This document shows, piece after piece, positions 56,046-64,000 of a stretch of DNA of 64,000 nt. Location of the stretch: assembly GCA_964449815.1 (NCBI GenBank), contig CAYVGC010000001.1:15361-79360 (forward strand). The letters are read 5' to 3'. Position numbers and translations under genes: made by a program. Positions within the stretch are counted from its first letter, which is position 1. Each line of letters begins with the position of its first letter. The notes under the pieces were generated by a model that did no database searches, was not told the origin of the DNA, and saw nothing but the letters and a program-made list of their open reading frames with translations. The stretch comes from an uncultured Bifidobacteriaceae bacterium (GTDB lineage: Bacteria; Verrucomicrobiota; Verrucomicrobiia; Limisphaerales; UBA11358).

Positions 56046-56966
56046 CGGCGCGCTGAACTCGTCGGCGTGATAGGAGCTGCGCACCAGCGGGCCGCTCGCG
56101 ACGTGGACAAAACCCATTTCCCCGGCGAGCACTTTGTATTCCGCAAATTTTTCCGGCGAAACAAATTCCTTTACTGGCAGCAACTTCAACGACGGCTGCA
56201 AATACTGGCCGAGCGTGAGAATGTCGCAGCCTGCTGCCCGCAAATCCCGCATCGCCGTTAAGACTTCAACCTCCATTTCGCCGAGGCCGAGCATCATTCC
56301 GGATTTGGTGAAGATCGTTTTGCCGCGCCTGTCTTTCACTTTTTTCAGCACGCTCAACGAGCGGTCGTAAGTCGCGCGATGCCGCACTTCCGGCGTCAGA
56401 CGACGGACAGTTTCCAGATTGTGATTGAAAATATCCGGGTTTGCCGACAGCACCTTTTCGATGGATTCATCGCTGTCTTGAAAATCCGGCACCAGCACTT
56501 CGATGACCGTTTTCGGATTCAGCCGGCGGACTTCTTCAATCGTCTGCCGGAAATGTTCCGCGCCGCCGTCCGCGATGTCGTCGCGCGCCACGGCGGTGAT
56601 GACGACGTGCCGCAATTTCATCCGGCGCGTCGCCTCGGCCACGCGCAGCGGCTCGTCGGCTTCGAGCGTGAACGGCTTGGCGGTGCTGACCGCGCAAAAG
56701 CCGCAGGCGCGCGTGCAGCGGTCGCCGGCGATCATGAAAGTCGCCGTGCCTTTTTCCCAGCATTCCCAATGGTTCGGGCACTGCGCGCTTTCGCAGACGG
56801 TGTGCAGCTTGAGTTCGCCCAGCAGGTTGCGCGTCTGCGCGAAGCTGTCCGAAGTCGGCAGCTTGATGCGCAGCCATTCGGGCAGACGGGGGCGTGAACC
56901 GTCGAATCGTCGAATCGTTGAATCGGCTGGCGATTTCGCGTCTGGCAGTTTGGGCGATGTAACCAT
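56019..56966 (-). CDS. lipA: Lipoyl synthase
   Basis: CESAQCPNHWEC and CTRACGFCAV clusters. ATG at 56966 (the track start at 57056 overlaps the glutaredoxin-like gene). Confidence 0.92.
   Translation of the reverse strand: MVTSPKLPDAKSPADSTIRRFDGSRPRLPEWLRIKLPTSDSFAQTRNLLGELKLHTVCESAQCPNHWECWEKGTATFMIAGDRCTRACGFCAVSTAKPFTLEADEPLRVAEATRRMKLRHVVITAVARDDIADGGAEHFRQTIEEVRRLNPKTVIEVLVPDFQDSDESIEKVLSANPDIFNHNLETVRRLTPEVRHRATYDRSLSVLKKVKDRRGKTIFTKSGMMLGLGEMEVEVLTAMRDLRAAGCDILTLGQYLQPSLKLLPVKEFVSPEKFAEYKVLAGEMGFVHVASGPLVRSSYHADEFSAPSAGGWRMT
56902..56925. repeat. Octanucleotide tandem repeat (TCGAATCG x2 plus the imperfect TTGAATCG) in the lipA 5' region
   Basis: tcgaatcg tcgaatcg ttgaatcg, which encodes part of ADSTIRRFD upstream of the conserved PEWLRIKLP. 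Confidence 0.85.
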
Positions 56967-56982
56967 GCGACAATTTACCGGT

Positions 56983-57228
56983 TCATGGTTTCTGTTCCAG
57001 CTTTTCCCAAAACTTCGCCAGTTCGTCCGGCCCGAAATCGGCGAGGATTTTACCATCCGCCTCCATCACCGGCGCGAGTGTCTGGCCGGAGAGGTTGGCC
57101 ATTTCCGTCATGGCCTCGCTGTCTGAAATCACATCAAGCGTTTCGTATTGGATGCCACGCTCGTTGAGCCAGCGCTGTGCCTTGCGGCACCACGGGCAAT
57201 ACGGCTTGATAAACAAACGAACTTTCAT
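56983..57228 (-). CDS. Glutaredoxin-like protein
   Basis: 81 aa with a CPWC active site in KPYCPWCRKAQRWL and a thioredoxin-fold length. Confidence 0.8.
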   Translation of the reverse strand: MKVRLFIKPYCPWCRKAQRWLNERGIQYETLDVISDSEAMTEMANLSGQTLAPVMEADGKILADFGPDELAKFWEKLEQKP

Positions 57229-57324
57229 TCAATAAAGATTCACCCGCCAACGCACATTTCGGAAACCTTTTGCCCGGCACCAGTTGATCCGGTGGGATAT
57301 TGTGCCAGCGTGAACCGGCTGGCG

Positions 57325-58431
57325 CTATTTCCGGTCCTGAAAGAGCAGCGGCGCGAACGCGGCAAGGTTGCGCCGCCACACTCGGAAGCTGTGTTCCCCG
57401 GGTGTTTCAATCCATGTGGGCCGCAGCCCCTTCGAGTTGAGCCAGTCAACGAATTTCTGATTGTTCTCGACCAGCCGATCGTCCTTGCCGCAGGCGATCC
57501 AAAGCAGGCGCAATTGTTTGTCGGCCTGCGCGTCCAGCGTCGGGAACTGCGCGGCATAATTGGTGTTCAGGCCGCCCGAGCTGAAAGCGCCGATCCACGC
57601 GAAGCGGTCGAGATTGTTCAGTCCGACCGTCAAAGATTCCGCGCCGCCCATCGAAAGGCCGGCGATGGCGCGGGCGGCGCGGTTCGGCAAAGTTTTATAG
57701 TCCTTCTCCACTTGCGGCATGACCTCATCCAGCAGCGTCCCGCGGAATTTGTCCGCATTGCGCTGCCACAATCCGGGATCACGCACGCGTGACCAACCGC
57801 CTTTGACGACGTCCATGGTGCCATAGCCCAGCGGCATGACGACGATCATCGGTTTCGCCTGGCCGCGCGCGATGAGGTTGTCGAGGATGACGTTCGCCAA
57901 ACCAACTGCGGACCAGGCGGTGGTGTCGTCGCTGTAGCCGTGCAACAGATAAAGCACCGGATACCGCTTCCGCGCCGCCGGATTGTAGCCGGGCGGCGTG
58001 TAAACCATGAAATCACGTTCGTCATCCGCCACGGTGGACTTGTAAAAATGCCGGTGCAATATCCCGCGCGGCACGTCATTGAGTTCCCACGGCAGCGATT
58101 TTGGGCCGGGCACCTGCACCTGGCTGTCGGTGTTCAGCAGGTTGTATTTCAAGAGCGGGTTGGCCGGATCAATCACATGCAGACCGTCCACATTGAATGA
58201 ATAGACGTAGATGTCCGGCTCCAGCGGATCGGTGGTGAACGACCAGACGCCTTGATCGTCTTTTTGCATCGCCGAGCTGCTCACGCCTTCGCAGTGCAAT
58301 TGCACCTCTTTGGCGCCAGGCGCTTTCAGTCGGAATACAACCCGGCCGTCAGGCTGGACTTCTGGCGAGACGATTTGCTGGGCAAACGCGGGCGCGGCCA
58401 GCAACAACAAAACAAACAAGAAGAATTTCAT
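57325..58431 (-). CDS. Secreted esterase (esterase D / enterochelin-esterase-like alpha/beta hydrolase) with an N-terminal E-set/CBM48-like domain
   Basis: Signal peptide MKFFLFVLLLLAAPAFAQ, YPVLYLLHGYSDD, and GLSMGG (nucleophile elbow). Confidence 0.8.
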   Translation of the reverse strand: MKFFLFVLLLLAAPAFAQQIVSPEVQPDGRVVFRLKAPGAKEVQLHCEGVSSSAMQKDDQGVWSFTTDPLEPDIYVYSFNVDGLHVIDPANPLLKYNLLNTDSQVQVPGPKSLPWELNDVPRGILHRHFYKSTVADDERDFMVYTPPGYNPAARKRYPVLYLLHGYSDDTTAWSAVGLANVILDNLIARGQAKPMIVVMPLGYGTMDVVKGGWSRVRDPGLWQRNADKFRGTLLDEVMPQVEKDYKTLPNRAARAIAGLSMGGAESLTVGLNNLDRFAWIGAFSSGGLNTNYAAQFPTLDAQADKQLRLLWIACGKDDRLVENNQKFVDWLNSKGLRPTWIETPGEHSFRVWRRNLAAFAPLLFQDRK

Positions 58432-58647
58432 AATTACGCAACTTGATACTCCAGCGCCAGACAATGTCCAATGGAAAAAATGCCCCGGCGCGTAAAAAAT
58501 CCCACGAACGGTGCATCTGAATTCACGAACGAAGACTCGGAGGAGGCGTTGACGGCTTATGGTTTCAACGTGATGGTGGATTCGGCCAAAACGCCGGCGC
58601 CCGCTGCACCGGCGAAACCAAAGCGATGGGTTGGCGGGAAATCGTAT

Positions 58648-60492
58648 TTATTCCTCCACCGGCACGACGAGGCTGTCCATGATGTAGTCCTTCCGCTCCG
58701 GCGTGTTTTTGCCCATGTAAAAGTCGAAAATGGGCGCGGCTTCGGCGACCGGTGCGTATTCGATTTTGCTCAGGCGCATCTGCCTGCCGATGAACTGGGC
58801 GAATTCCTTCGGGCTGATTTCGCCAAGACCCTTGAACCGCGTGATCTCCGGCTTGCCGCCGAATTCCCGGGTCGCGTTGTCGCGCTCGGCTTCGCTGTAG
58901 CAGTAAATGGTTTTCTCCTTGTTGCGCACTCGGAATAGCGGCGTTTCCAGAACGAAAACGTGGCCGTCGCGGACCAGCCGCTCGAAGAACTTGAAGAAAT
59001 ACGTGATCATCAGGTTGCGGATGTGCATGCCGTCCACGTCCGCGTCGGTGGCGAGAATCACCTTTTCGTAGCGGAGACTGTCGGTGGTGTCCTCGATCTG
59101 CAACGCCTGCATGAGGTTATACATCTCGTCATTTTTATACATCACGTCGCGCTTGAGGTCCCAGACGTTGAGCGGCTTGCCCTTGAGCACGAACACCGCC
59201 TGGTTGTTCACGTCGCGGCAGCTCGTGATGGAGCCGGCGGCGGACTGGCCTTCGCAGATGAACACCATCGTGCCCTGGCCTTTGCCCTTTTTCTGGTCGA
59301 AGTGATGCTTGCAGTCCTTCAACTGCGGGATGCGCAGCGTGATGGCCCTGGCGCGTTCGCGCGCGAGCTTCTTCACGTCCTGCAATTCCTTCCGCAACTG
59401 CTCGGTGTCCGTCACCTTCGCGATGATTTTTTCAGCGATCTCCTTGTTGCGGTTGAAAAAGTGCAGCAGCTCCTCGCGCACGCTTCCAACCAGCTCGGTG
59501 CGGATCTCCGTGTTGCCCAGCTTGTTTTTTGTCTGCGACTCGAACACCGGGTCCTGCAACCGGATCGCCACCGCGCCGACCATGCACTCGCGCACGTCGT
59601 CGCCGTCGAACTTGCCGTTGCAATACTCATTGACGGCTTTCAGCAGGCCCTCGCGGAACGCGCTCAAGTGCGTGCCGCCGTCGCTGGTGAACTGGCCGTT
59701 GACGAAGGAATAAAACGTCTCGCCATAGCGCGAGTTGCTGTGCGTGAAACAAAACTCCAGCGTCTTGCCGGCGTAATGCAGCGGCGGGTAAATCGGCTCG
59801 CTGCCGTCGCTGGCGAGGTCTTCCATCACCAGATCCATCAGGCCGTGGCGCGACTGGAACGTTTCCGGCTCCGCGCCCGCGAAATTCAAAACCAATTTCA
59901 GCCCGGTGTTGAGATAGCTGTAATGCCGCAGCCGTCGCTCGACGTGTTCCAGCTTGAATTCGCTGTTCTTGAAAATCTCCGGGTCCGGCTCGAATTCGAT
60001 GAGCGTGCCGTTCGGCTCCTTTGTTTTGCCGGTGTCCTCTTTTTTTAATTTTCCGATCTTGAAGCCGGCCTCGGCGAACTCGCCGTCGCGATGGCTGCGC
60101 ACGAAAAAGCTTTTTGACAGCGCGTTGACCGCCTTGGTGCCGACGCCGTTGAGGCCGACGCTGAACTGGAACACCTCGTCATTGTATTTCGCGCCGGTGT
60201 TGATCTTGGAAACGCAGTCCACGACCTTGCCGAGCGGGATGCCGCGCCCGAAATCGCGCACGCTGACGCGGTTGCCGTCGATCTTGATGTGGATCTCCCG
60301 GCCGTTGCCCATGATGAACTCGTCAATCGCGTTGTCCACGACCTCCTTGAGCAGGATGTAACAGCCGTCGTCCGGGTGCGCGCCGGAGCCGATGCGCCCG
60401 ATATACATGCCCGTGCGCAGCCGGATGTGCTCCAGCGAAGACAGTGTCTTGATCTTGCTCTCGTCGTAAATGTGCTTTGTGTTTTCCGCCAT
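58648..60492 (-). CDS. parE: Type IIA topoisomerase subunit B (topoisomerase IV ParE-like)
   Basis: LEHIRLRTGMYIG, GHKL ATPase (EVVDNAIDE, GLNGVG), Toprim (CEGQSAAG, LATDADVDG). The 614-aa length fits ParE (inference). Confidence 0.88.
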   Translation of the reverse strand: MAENTKHIYDESKIKTLSSLEHIRLRTGMYIGRIGSGAHPDDGCYILLKEVVDNAIDEFIMGNGREIHIKIDGNRVSVRDFGRGIPLGKVVDCVSKINTGAKYNDEVFQFSVGLNGVGTKAVNALSKSFFVRSHRDGEFAEAGFKIGKLKKEDTGKTKEPNGTLIEFEPDPEIFKNSEFKLEHVERRLRHYSYLNTGLKLVLNFAGAEPETFQSRHGLMDLVMEDLASDGSEPIYPPLHYAGKTLEFCFTHSNSRYGETFYSFVNGQFTSDGGTHLSAFREGLLKAVNEYCNGKFDGDDVRECMVGAVAIRLQDPVFESQTKNKLGNTEIRTELVGSVREELLHFFNRNKEIAEKIIAKVTDTEQLRKELQDVKKLARERARAITLRIPQLKDCKHHFDQKKGKGQGTMVFICEGQSAAGSITSCRDVNNQAVFVLKGKPLNVWDLKRDVMYKNDEMYNLMQALQIEDTTDSLRYEKVILATDADVDGMHIRNLMITYFFKFFERLVRDGHVFVLETPLFRVRNKEKTIYCYSEAERDNATREFGGKPEITRFKGLGEISPKEFAQFIGRQMRLSKIEYAPVAEAAPIFDFYMGKNTPERKDYIMDSLVVPVEE

Positions 60493-60778
60493 AGAAATTG
60501 TGCGGCGGGGAAGATGAAACAAAGCGGATGAAATTTCAACGCAAAGAAAATCTTTGCGGCCCGGATCAACCGGCTGAATGCAAATTTAATGGCGCAAAAG
60601 TCTGCGTCTTGGGTTTGAAAAATGGTCAATCGCAGCGATGCGCCAGTTGACGGCAAACCTGGCAGGTTTCCGGCAGCAATCTTGTGGGACATGACCCGCA
60701 AAAACCGGGACAAAGACGTTCAAATTCCCGGAAGACTTTTCAAAATTGCGGCGGCGGTTCAGATTTGCAGCATCCGTT

Positions 60779-63700
60779 TCAATCTTCTGAAAAAAGATAT
60801 TCCAAATCCACGGACGTGAGACTGCGGGCGAAACCTTCTTCGCCAAGCACGTCGGCGATCGTTTTGGCCTTGCTCTGCTGCAGCTCCCAGATTTTTTCCT
60901 CGACGGTGCCGGGCGCGATGAGGCGGTAGGCGTTCACGGTCTGCGTCTGGCCGATGCGGTGCGAGCGGTCAATGGCCTGCGCCTCCACCGCCGGATTCCA
61001 CCACGGATCGTAAAGCACCACGTAGCTGGCGTTGGTGAGGTTCAGGCCGGTGCCCGCCGCGCGCAGGCTCAGCAGGAAAACACACGCGCCGGTCTCCTGC
61101 TGAAAGTCGCTGACGACCTGCTGCCGGTTTTTCGTCTGGCCCGTGAGGATGTGCGTGTGGATGTTGCGCGCGCGGCATTCCCGTTCAAGAATCTGCAGCA
61201 TCTGCACGAACTGCGAAAAGACGAGCACCTTCTGGCCGTCGGCCACGAGCGTGTCGAGCAGTTCAAAAAGCGTCTCGGTCTTGCCGCTGGCGGTGTCGCT
61301 GCCGACGAGCGACGGATGGCAGCAGACCTGCCGCAGGCGCGTGAGCGCGGCGAGGACGTGCATCTTGCTCTTGTTGAGGCCCTGTTCGGCGACGGCGTGC
61401 TGGATCTGATCGCGGCTGCGGCGCAGTTCGGCGAGATAAAGCTTGCGCTGTTCCTCGCCCAGCGGGCAGTCGCGGCGCGTCTCGATGCGGTCGGGCAAAT
61501 CTTTTGCAACGTGCTTTTTCAAACGGCGCAGCAGCAGCGGCCGCAGCTTGGCGGAAAGCCGCTTGCGCGCGATGCGCTGGACGGACTCGGCGTTTTCGCC
61601 GTTGCCTTTCGGCTCATAGGTTTCGAGGAAGTGTTCCTGGTTGCCGAGGTAGCCGGGCTGGATGAAATCCACGATGCTCCACAAATCCAGCAGCCGGTTT
61701 TCCAGCGGCGTGCCGGTGAGCGCGATTTTGTTCTCGCACTTCAACTGCTTCACGGACTGCGTGACCTGCGCGCCGGGGTTCTTGATGAACTGCGCCTCGT
61801 CGAGAATGATGGCGCGGAAGGAGAATTTCTGGAACTCCTCCAGATCGCGCCGGAGCAGCGCGTAGTTGGTGACGATGATGTCGTGCTGCGGAATCTGCCT
61901 GCGCAAATTATGCCGCGCCGCGCCGCTTTCAAGCACGAGCACTTTCATGCCGGGCGTGAACCGCTCGGCCTCGCGCCGCCAGTTGTGCAGCACGGACGCG
62001 GGGCAGATGACGAGCGACGGCTTGGGGTTTTTCGTGTGGCGTTCCTTGAGCCACGCGAGCCACGTCAGCGTCTGGAGCGTTTTGCCGAGGCCCATGTCGT
62101 CGGCGAGAATGCCGCCGAGTTTCACCTGCACCAGATGCGCGAGAAAATCGAATCCCTCTTTTTGATACGGTCGCAGCTCCGCATTCAATGTCTTCGGCAA
62201 ATCCACCGCCGGAACGCCCTTGAAATCGCGGATGCGTTCGCGCAAGGCGTGCGCCTCCGGCGAATCGGCGAAACGTTGCAGCCCTTCCTCGTCGAGGTGT
62301 GCGACGTGTTCCAGCCCGACTTTTTGCGGCACGGCGATGAGGCCTTCCACGCCCATTTCGGCCATCGCCTCGTGCGCGCCCTGCACGGCGTTCGTGTCGA
62401 GCTCCACCCAGCCGGAGTTCGGCAGCTTCACGAACCGGCCGGTCGCGGCGGCGAGGCGTTCGAGATCGGCCTTGGACAACTTCATGCCTTCCGCCTCCCA
62501 TTCGGCGGAGACGGCGAGCCAGTCAATGCCGCTGCCCTTGACCACGAGGCGCGGCTTCAACGCTCGCGGCGTGAGAAACAGGCGATGGAACGCGGCGTTG
62601 CCGAGAAACTCCGCCTCGGCCGGGCGCGTGGCCCAGGCCTCGGCGAGCGAGCCGAGAAAGTTTTCGTTCGCGTCGCCAGTCCACAGGCCCGGCTCCTGCA
62701 TGAACCAGTCCAGCTTGCGCAGCCATTGCACGGTGGGGTCGAGGCGCGGATCGTCAAGGATTTCCGGCTTATCTCCGGGCTTGATGACGCGGTCGTGCGG
62801 CGACCATTCGTGGCCGTTCCAGATCCAGGTGCTCTGGTCGCGGGCGCTGGTCGCGAGCAGGCGCAGGCGCACCGTGTCGTCGAGCAGTTCAAAAACAAAC
62901 TGCGGCGCCGCCGGATGCGCCACGCAAAGCTGGTCCCAGTCCACGCCGTGATTGGCCTGCGACTTGCGCAGGTGCAGCAGCAGCCGGTGGCTCAATTTGC
63001 GCACGGGCACGGACGGTTTCAGCGCGAGATATTTCAGCACGCCGGCGGGCGGCGCGTTGCGCAGCAGGAAAAATTCATTGCCGACGAGCGCGACCGGCGA
63101 CTGGCGGTTGAAAAACTTTGCGTCGGCCACGGAATGATTGACGCCGTCCGGCAGCGCGATGCGATGCGTGAAGGAAAGCTCCTTGTCGCCGTTTTCCAAG
63201 TGCGGCGCGAGCGCGACGATGTGGCCGTGGAAATGGAGCGGCTGGCCGTTCGCGGCGGATTCGAGGCGGTTCGTGTGCCCCCAGCGCGCGAGCCATTGCA
63301 GCAGTTCGGCGTCGGACAGCAGGAGCGAGGTCTCGTGGCCGGCGCGTTCGCGGTGCGTCTCGTAAATCCACTGGATGAACTCCCAGTCCCACGGCGTGAA
63401 CAGTTCCTGCTCATGCGCGGCGCGGACGACAAGATCCACGAGGTCGTGGAGCGAACGCGCTTTTTCGCCAGTGCGCGGACGGAGCAGAAGAAACTGCACG
63501 ACGAGGCGGAAGCGCGCCGGCTCCAGTTCATCCGGCTGCGGCTGGCAGACCACGCGCAGGGTGGCGCGCGGCGTGTCGAGGTGCAGCGGCGCGGGCGGCG
63601 ACAGCCAGTTTTCCAGCTCCTTCACCAGCCGCGATTCCTGCTCGGCCTCCTCGGCGCGGGCGAAACGGTCGGGGCTGGCGTGCGGCTGAAGTTCCGGCGG

Positions 63701-64000
63701 GACGGAGCGTTTGGCGCGCAGAAATAAAAACGCCAGTTCCTCCAGCCGCGCCTTGCCCGTCGTGGCCAGCAGTTTCGGCCACCAGTCCGTCGCGGGAAAA
63801 TCGCGGCGCGAGAGCGCCAGCTTTTCAAAATAATCCTCCAGCGCCAGCCACGCGCGTTGCGAGTCCAGGCAGGTGGCGAAATTTTTCAGGATGTCCTCGC
63901 GTTCGTTGACGGTGCTCTTGGAATCGGAAAGTTCGCGGCGCAGATCGGCGAAGGCCCCGTAAGTCTGCGACAAAACCTTGTGGTGCGCGTCATATTTGCT
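60779..64000 (-). CDS. SNF2-family helicase (RapA/HepA-like), with the N-terminus possibly beyond the window
   Basis: LRPYQKEGFDFL, LADDMGLGKT, DEAQFIKN, and helicase C motifs (FSQF..., LSLRAAGTGLNLT, DPWWNPAVEAQAIDRSHRIGQ). The frame stays open from the first in-window start (TTG 63973) to position 64000. Confidence 0.85.
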   Translation of the reverse strand, partial: SKYDAHHKVLSQTYGAFADLRRELSDSKSTVNEREDILKNFATCLDSQRAWLALEDYFEKLALSRRDFPATDWWPKLLATTGKARLEELAFLFLRAKRSVPPELQPHASPDRFARAEEAEQESRLVKELENWLSPPAPLHLDTPRATLRVVCQPQPDELEPARFRLVVQFLLLRPRTGEKARSLHDLVDLVVRAAHEQELFTPWDWEFIQWIYETHRERAGHETSLLLSDAELLQWLARWGHTNRLESAANGQPLHFHGHIVALAPHLENGDKELSFTHRIALPDGVNHSVADAKFFNRQSPVALVGNEFFLLRNAPPAGVLKYLALKPSVPVRKLSHRLLLHLRKSQANHGVDWDQLCVAHPAAPQFVFELLDDTVRLRLLATSARDQSTWIWNGHEWSPHDRVIKPGDKPEILDDPRLDPTVQWLRKLDWFMQEPGLWTGDANENFLGSLAEAWATRPAEAEFLGNAAFHRLFLTPRALKPRLVVKGSGIDWLAVSAEWEAEGMKLSKADLERLAAATGRFVKLPNSGWVELDTNAVQGAHEAMAEMGVEGLIAVPQKVGLEHVAHLDEEGLQRFADSPEAHALRERIRDFKGVPAVDLPKTLNAELRPYQKEGFDFLAHLVQVKLGGILADDMGLGKTLQTLTWLAWLKERHTKNPKPSLVICPASVLHNWRREAERFTPGMKVLVLESGAARHNLRRQIPQHDIIVTNYALLRRDLEEFQKFSFRAIILDEAQFIKNPGAQVTQSVKQLKCENKIALTGTPLENRLLDLWSIVDFIQPGYLGNQEHFLETYEPKGNGENAESVQRIARKRLSAKLRPLLLRRLKKHVAKDLPDRIETRRDCPLGEEQRKLYLAELRRSRDQIQHAVAEQGLNKSKMHVLAALTRLRQVCCHPSLVGSDTASGKTETLFELLDTLVADGQKVLVFSQFVQMLQILERECRARNIHTHILTGQTKNRQQVVSDFQQETGACVFLLSLRAAGTGLNLTNASYVVLYDPWWNPAVEAQAIDRSHRIGQTQTVNAYRLIAPGTVEEKIWELQQSKAKTIADVLGEEGFARSLTSVDLEYLFSED

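Noticed and set aside
60959-63727. 922-aa ORF antisense to the SNF2 helicase gene.
   Set aside because: The opposite strand carries all the SNF2 motifs, and this frame is low-complexity.

Overview
GC-rich (about 60% by eye) bacterial chromosomal window. The gene content suggests a PVC-group or Verrucomicrobiota-like organism; this is an inference from a PEP-CTERM protein with a PEP-CTERM-locus type ATPase and CPBP protease, a GldA/F/G-like ABC module with DUF4340, a YXWGXW/DUF6600-like protein, and many 4-nt ATGA gene overlaps. Most of the window is housekeeping: trpB, dprA, a DUF3516-type helicase, thiE, pfk, glmS, tig, hisC, ffh, lipA, topoisomerase IV-like A and B subunits, a UDG family 4 enzyme, an RND efflux operon, a sigma-54 two-component pair, MoxR, and an SNF2 helicase that runs off the right edge. 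There are three accessory or rearranged patches. (1) A ~7.06 kb integrative element sits in the 3' end of tRNA-Gln(UUG), bounded by a perfect 26-bp direct repeat (7730..7755 and 14764..14789). It carries a tyrosine integrase, an orphan 359-aa gene, two diverged Xis/AlpA-like HTH genes, a BT4734/VirE_N-type primase-like gene, a truncated DUF2130 gene, a RhuM-family gene, phased TTTGCACA sites at both ends, and a strikingly strand-specific CGGAC motif array. I consider this element the most interesting region. (2) A hicBA toxin-antitoxin cassette is flanked by an 83-bp direct duplication of the trpB 3' end. (3) The glmS-tig spacer holds decayed IS3-type and IS5-type transposase fragments. Other points of note are non-triplet tandem repeats inside thiE (7 bp x4) and lipA (8 bp x3), a PadR regulator translationally coupled to a Wzz/PCP-like membrane protein, and a near-consensus sigma-54 promoter upstream of the histidine kinase/NtrC pair. 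I saw no CRISPR array and no rRNA. All homology calls come from motif recognition by eye; no database search was run.
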